Assembly: GCA_965648915.1 (NCBI GenBank)
Contig: CBFGIV010000002.1
Span: 85,711-149,710, forward strand
Origin: a candidate division WOR-3 bacterium
Lineage (GTDB): Bacteria; Hydrothermota; Tepidihabitantia; SM23-42; CAYGYG01
Length of the DNA stretch: 64,000 bases
Reading direction: 5' to 3'
The position numbers were made by a program, and so were the translations under genes. The notes under the pieces are model-generated. The model had not been told where the DNA came from. It was given only the letters and a program-made list of their open reading frames with translations, and ran no database searches. Positions 60,073-64,000 of this stretch are shown here, in pieces. Each line of letters starts with the position of its first letter. Position 1 is the stretch's first letter.

Positions 60073-60633
60073 ATGAAGAGATTAATATTACTATTTCCAC
60101 TTTTTCTCCTTTTTTTATCCTTCTGCAATAAGGAAGATAATCAAGAAGAACCACCCTCTCCTCCACCACCGGCCAAGAATGCAGTAGACCTTCTGCCCAA
60201 AGATAACGAGATCAGCGGCTGGACCAAGAGTGGACAGTTGAGAACCGCGAGCACCCCTGATGAGTTGACGGCAATTATTAATGGTGAGGCCGTGCCTTAC
60301 ATAAATAATAACTTCAAAGAGGCGGTCTTTCAGAATTATCAGGGGATAATCGGTGGGAATAATGTGACCCTGGAAGTGAGGATATTTGATATGCGGGATA
60401 CTATTAATGCCCGGAAGGTTTATAAGGATGTTGCCAATGGTCAGGAGACGCCCTGGGTAAATAATCATCCGGGAGTAGAGGCGAGGATTGATGAATCCGG
60501 ACTGTTCAGTTACGCAATCGACTTCTGGGAAGATAAATTTTTTGTTCGCACCGTGATTCAAGAGAAGAGTAGTGCCTCCTTAGATATCGCTAAGACATTT
60601 TCGTTGAATATATCGGCGGCAATTAAAGAATAG
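60073..60633 (+). CDS. Hypothetical lipoprotein
   Basis: Signal peptide with lipobox LSFC; Pro-rich linker. Confidence 0.45.
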   Translation: MKRLILLFPLFLLFLSFCNKEDNQEEPPSPPPPAKNAVDLLPKDNEISGWTKSGQLRTASTPDELTAIINGEAVPYINNNFKEAVFQNYQGIIGGNNVTLEVRIFDMRDTINARKVYKDVANGQETPWVNNHPGVEARIDESGLFSYAIDFWEDKFFVRTVIQEKSSASLDIAKTFSLNISAAIKE

Positions 60634-60635
60634 CG

Positions 60636-61562
60636 ATGATAGATAGAATTTCCCGTCGCGACTTCATAAAAAAAGCACTTGCAATTTCTTTTGCCTCTTC
60701 CATCTTGCCCAAGGATTTTTTACTCTATGCCCAAGAGGATATTCCTCCTGATCTGGTTGTGGCCAGAGGGGAGAAGGTTCAGGCCCTGAGAAAAGGACTC
60801 GAAGCCTTTGGAGGCATCGGCCGATTTGTTAAGGCCCAGGACCGGGTCCTGCTTAAACCCAATATCTCTTTTGCCAGCCCACCGTCCTGGGGTGCGACGA
60901 CCAGCCCGGAAATAATAGTCGAGGTAGCAAGGGCATGCTTAGAAGCCGGGGCAAGACGGGTTATTATTGCTGATTACCCATTGCGTTCGCCCCAGGTTTG
61001 TTTTGAGAAATGTGGTCTCAAAAAGGCAATTGCTGAACTGAAAGAGGTCGATGTCTTACTCCTGACCCAGGAGAGATTTTTTGTTGAGACCGAAATTAAA
61101 AATGGAGTAGTCCTTAAGTCAACTAAGATTGCCCGGGAGATTTCAAAGGCTGATGTGATAATTAACATCCCGACTGCTAAGTCTCACTCCGCAACTGGTG
61201 TGAGTATGGGATTGAAGGGTTTAATGGGATTGATCTGGGATCGGGCGTCATTTCATCAAAAGGTTGATCTCAATCAGGCAATTGCCGATCTGGCAACAAT
61301 CATCAGGCCCCATCTTACCATTATGGATGCATCAAGGGCCTTGACCTCAGGTGGTCCCGGTGGACCAGGTGTTGTGAAAACGTTGAATACAGTGGTAGTT
61401 GGGACTGATCCGGTTGCGGTCGATTCCTATACGGTCGGTCTGACGAAATGGTATAACAAAGTCTTCCTCGGTAAGAATGTCAAACACATCGCCCTGGCGG
61501 CAAAAATGGGTCTGGGTGAGATCGACCCAACAAAGGTCAAGATCAAAGAGATAGAAGTTTAG
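60636..61562 (+). CDS. DUF362-domain protein with twin-arginine (Tat) signal
   Basis: SRRDFIKKALA Tat motif; DUF362-like body. Confidence 0.65.
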   Translation: MIDRISRRDFIKKALAISFASSILPKDFLLYAQEDIPPDLVVARGEKVQALRKGLEAFGGIGRFVKAQDRVLLKPNISFASPPSWGATTSPEIIVEVARACLEAGARRVIIADYPLRSPQVCFEKCGLKKAIAELKEVDVLLLTQERFFVETEIKNGVVLKSTKIAREISKADVIINIPTAKSHSATGVSMGLKGLMGLIWDRASFHQKVDLNQAIADLATIIRPHLTIMDASRALTSGGPGGPGVVKTLNTVVVGTDPVAVDSYTVGLTKWYNKVFLGKNVKHIALAAKMGLGEIDPTKVKIKEIEV

Positions 61563-61664
61563 TAGTAACGTCGCGGTTAGAGAGGCCGGGTTTATCAGAG
61601 GATCAGGCTACCGGGTTATAGGGGTGTCAGGTTCTGATCGTTTTTTGGTGCATTATCCTTTAAT

Positions 61665-63149
61665 ATGACTTGGCTCAGGTATATCAGGGTCGCAGCGCAG
61701 ATTATCTTTTTGGGGCTATTTATATACTTCTTCCTTGTAACAGCGACAGTTACCCGTTCCATCTTTATCAATCCGTTTTTTTCGGCTGACCCATTGATAT
61801 TTACGATCAATTCGATCGCCACCCGAATTATGCTGTCCATTGGTTTACCGTTGATGTTGATTATTTTATCCCTGATATTCGGCCGATTCTTTTGTGGTTT
61901 TATATGCCCGCTCGGGATCTTAATCGATTGGTCGGGTTCATTTATAGGGAGGCATAAGCCGAGAAAGGGTGATGATAGAAAGATTAAGTATTATATCCTG
62001 CTCACGATCTTTATCTCGGCAATACTGGGAGGCTCTTTGGTTTATATCTTTGACCCGCTGGTAATTGTGGGGCGAAGTTTTACTACTGTTCTCAGGTTGA
62101 TAGTTTCTGTTTTCCAAGACAATGCGCTTCTGCACAATGGATTCTTATTTCTGGGCATCCTCTTGATAATCCTTGGTCTGAACCTGATCCGGAAGAGATT
62201 CTGGTGCCAGAGTCTATGCCCGCTCGGTGCATTATTTGCCCTCATCAGTCGCTGGTCGATATTAAGGTTCACCTTTAAGAAAAGTTGTAACGAGTGCCAT
62301 CGGTGTCGATATATCTGTCCGACCGGCGCCATCTCTGTTGAATTAAGAGCAGTATCTCAATTGGAATGCGTCCGGTGCCTGAGATGCCTTGAAGCGTGCA
62401 GGGAATCAGGGATTTCGCTTGCCTTTGCTTTGCCGGCCACTCCGCCACAATCGCTCAATCTATCACGTCGGGGTCTTATCACTTCAATCGGTCTGGGCAT
62501 AATCACTATCCCTTTATTAAAGACCGAAATATTTAAAAAGATCAATCCGAACCGAGTTATTCGTCCACCGGGTTCAATACCGGAAGAGTTATTTATCGAT
62601 GCCTGTATTCGTTGTGGTGAATGTGTTAAAATATGTCCGACCAATGGTTTACAACCGGTTCTCCTGCAGCGAGGGTTTGGAGGATTATTCACGCCTCAAC
62701 TTATACCAAGGATTGGTGGTTGTGAGAGGAACTGTAATGGTTGTGGTCAGGTCTGTCCGACCGGCGCCATCCGGAAGTTAGAACTCAAAGAGAAAGATTT
62801 TGTAAAGATCGGTACAGCAGTAATTCACAAGGAGATGTGCCTTGCCTGGGAGCAGGATAAATTATGTCTAATCTGTGATGAGGCCTGCCCTTATAATGCG
62901 ATCGAATCGAAAATGGTTGATATTTTGGGAAATAAATTGTTAAGACCCTTTGTTAAAGAAGAACTGTGCACTGGCTGTGGTATTTGCGAGTCGAGGTGTC
63001 CAATCACCGGACCTTCGGCAATTGAGGTCTTCCCGATCGGTGAAGAACGGCTATTGACCGGCTCTTATATTAACGAGCAGAAGATAAGATTAAGGGAATT
63101 ACTCGGACAGGAGTCTGAAGAAGATATTCCTACTGGATTTATGGAATGA
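61665..63149 (+). CDS. Membrane-bound polyferredoxin (NapH/MauN/NosR-C-like), 4Fe-4S clusters
   Basis: N-terminal TM helices with CGFICPLG and CQSLCPLG; four CxxCxxCxxxCP ferredoxin motifs. Confidence 0.75.
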   Translation: MTWLRYIRVAAQIIFLGLFIYFFLVTATVTRSIFINPFFSADPLIFTINSIATRIMLSIGLPLMLIILSLIFGRFFCGFICPLGILIDWSGSFIGRHKPRKGDDRKIKYYILLTIFISAILGGSLVYIFDPLVIVGRSFTTVLRLIVSVFQDNALLHNGFLFLGILLIILGLNLIRKRFWCQSLCPLGALFALISRWSILRFTFKKSCNECHRCRYICPTGAISVELRAVSQLECVRCLRCLEACRESGISLAFALPATPPQSLNLSRRGLITSIGLGIITIPLLKTEIFKKINPNRVIRPPGSIPEELFIDACIRCGECVKICPTNGLQPVLLQRGFGGLFTPQLIPRIGGCERNCNGCGQVCPTGAIRKLELKEKDFVKIGTAVIHKEMCLAWEQDKLCLICDEACPYNAIESKMVDILGNKLLRPFVKEELCTGCGICESRCPITGPSAIEVFPIGEERLLTGSYINEQKIRLRELLGQESEEDIPTGFME

Positions 63150-63160
63150 TATCATAAGTG

Positions 63161-64000
63161 ATGTTTAATTTCCTGCTTGTTACCATACTGGTGGCTCAGA
63201 GTAAGTCGGCGCTTGAAGGTCGATCTTTAATCTTATCGGCGGAAAATTTTATTTTTATCACGACCGATTTTGGTATCTACCGATATGATAAAAATGCCTG
63301 CGAGTGGTCGATGATTACAAGAAAAAATGGTCTGCCCGACCATAGGATAAATTTTATCGGTATCGACGAAGGAACTCTCTGGATCGGTACTGATTCAGGT
63401 GTGGCTTTTGCGGATTTGAAGTTATTGAATTTCAGAACCTATGATAGCCTCAGGACATCGGGTATTGCCTTTGATGATGACTATGCCTATATTGGCGGGA
63501 CGGGCGGGATTGAGCGTTATGACAAATATCGAGACCAGTGGTTTTTAATTGAGACGAGGGGAGCAGTTAATGATCTCTTTTTATTAAATGATCAACTCTT
63601 TGTGGCCGGTGACTCGGGCCTTGAGATCTATAATACCCGATACGAGAAATTTGAAGAACTTTCTTATCAAATTTCTGAAAGGCTGGTTCATATTATAAAT
63701 ACCCAGCATAATATTTTCTTCATCGGTGATAATTATTTTTTTAAATATAATAAAGAAACTCATACCTGGCAGAGATTGGAACAGTTCTCTTTCAACGACT
63801 ATGCTGTGCAAGGTGATTCGGTCTGGATGGCGACCGATGACGGTATAATGGTTTATGATGAAATCATTGGCAGATGGGATCGATATCGCAAGACGGAGTG
63901 GTATCCGGACAAGGAGATAACGGCGCTATCAGTTACCAGTAAAATGCTGGTGCTGGGCAGTAATTATGGAGTGAATGTTATTGATAATCAGACACAGAGT
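63161..64000 (+). CDS. Partial ORF (3' truncated) with beta-propeller-like repeats (two-component-regulator propeller / Y_Y_Y-like)
   Basis: Frame open from ATG 63161 to the window end; repeats of G..W.GTD.G..........W, hydrophobic N-terminus. Confidence 0.4.
   Translation, partial: MFNFLLVTILVAQSKSALEGRSLILSAENFIFITTDFGIYRYDKNACEWSMITRKNGLPDHRINFIGIDEGTLWIGTDSGVAFADLKLLNFRTYDSLRTSGIAFDDDYAYIGGTGGIERYDKYRDQWFLIETRGAVNDLFLLNDQLFVAGDSGLEIYNTRYEKFEELSYQISERLVHIINTQHNIFFIGDNYFFKYNKETHTWQRLEQFSFNDYAVQGDSVWMATDDGIMVYDEIIGRWDRYRKTEWYPDKEITALSVTSKMLVLGSNYGVNVIDNQTQS

Overview
This 64-kb window reads as ordinary chromosome from a moderate-GC, uncultivated-looking bacterium of the FCB-like lineages. 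It encodes T9SS C-terminal sorting domains, a C25 peptidase-like giant protein, sigma-54-regulated type IV pilins and many near-consensus sigma-70 promoters of the form TTGACA-N16/17-TAnAnT. Gene density is high and overlapping start/stop codons are common. Recognisable housekeeping genes are accA, hpf, hprK, pcm, rpsA, mtaB, miaB, dapA, guaB, dut, trmI, dacB, a Lon-like protease, tRNA-Pro(CGG) and tRNA-Met(CAT). The less ordinary content is sixfold. (1) A five-gene operon pairs a MazG-like zinc-ribbon protein with four tightly coupled uncharacterised membrane proteins (55.7-59.4 kb), directly downstream of two tandem DUF4139-like paralogs. (2) A 35-nt palindromic motif occurs twice, each time 1-3 nt after a stop codon. 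(3) A PilR-like sigma-54 activator sits beside two paralogous pilin genes, each with a conserved TGCA-N3-TGCA upstream element and a -24/-12 promoter, one of which is a perfect consensus. (4) A 1083-aa protein combines an adenylate cyclase, a STAND-like NTPase and TPR repeats. (5) A GIY-YIG mini-protein is expressed from a leaderless consensus promoter. (6) An in-frame TGA splits a T9SS cargo gene at the 5' edge. No CRISPR array or obvious mobile element was seen. All calls rest on reading motifs in the provided translations; no database search was possible.
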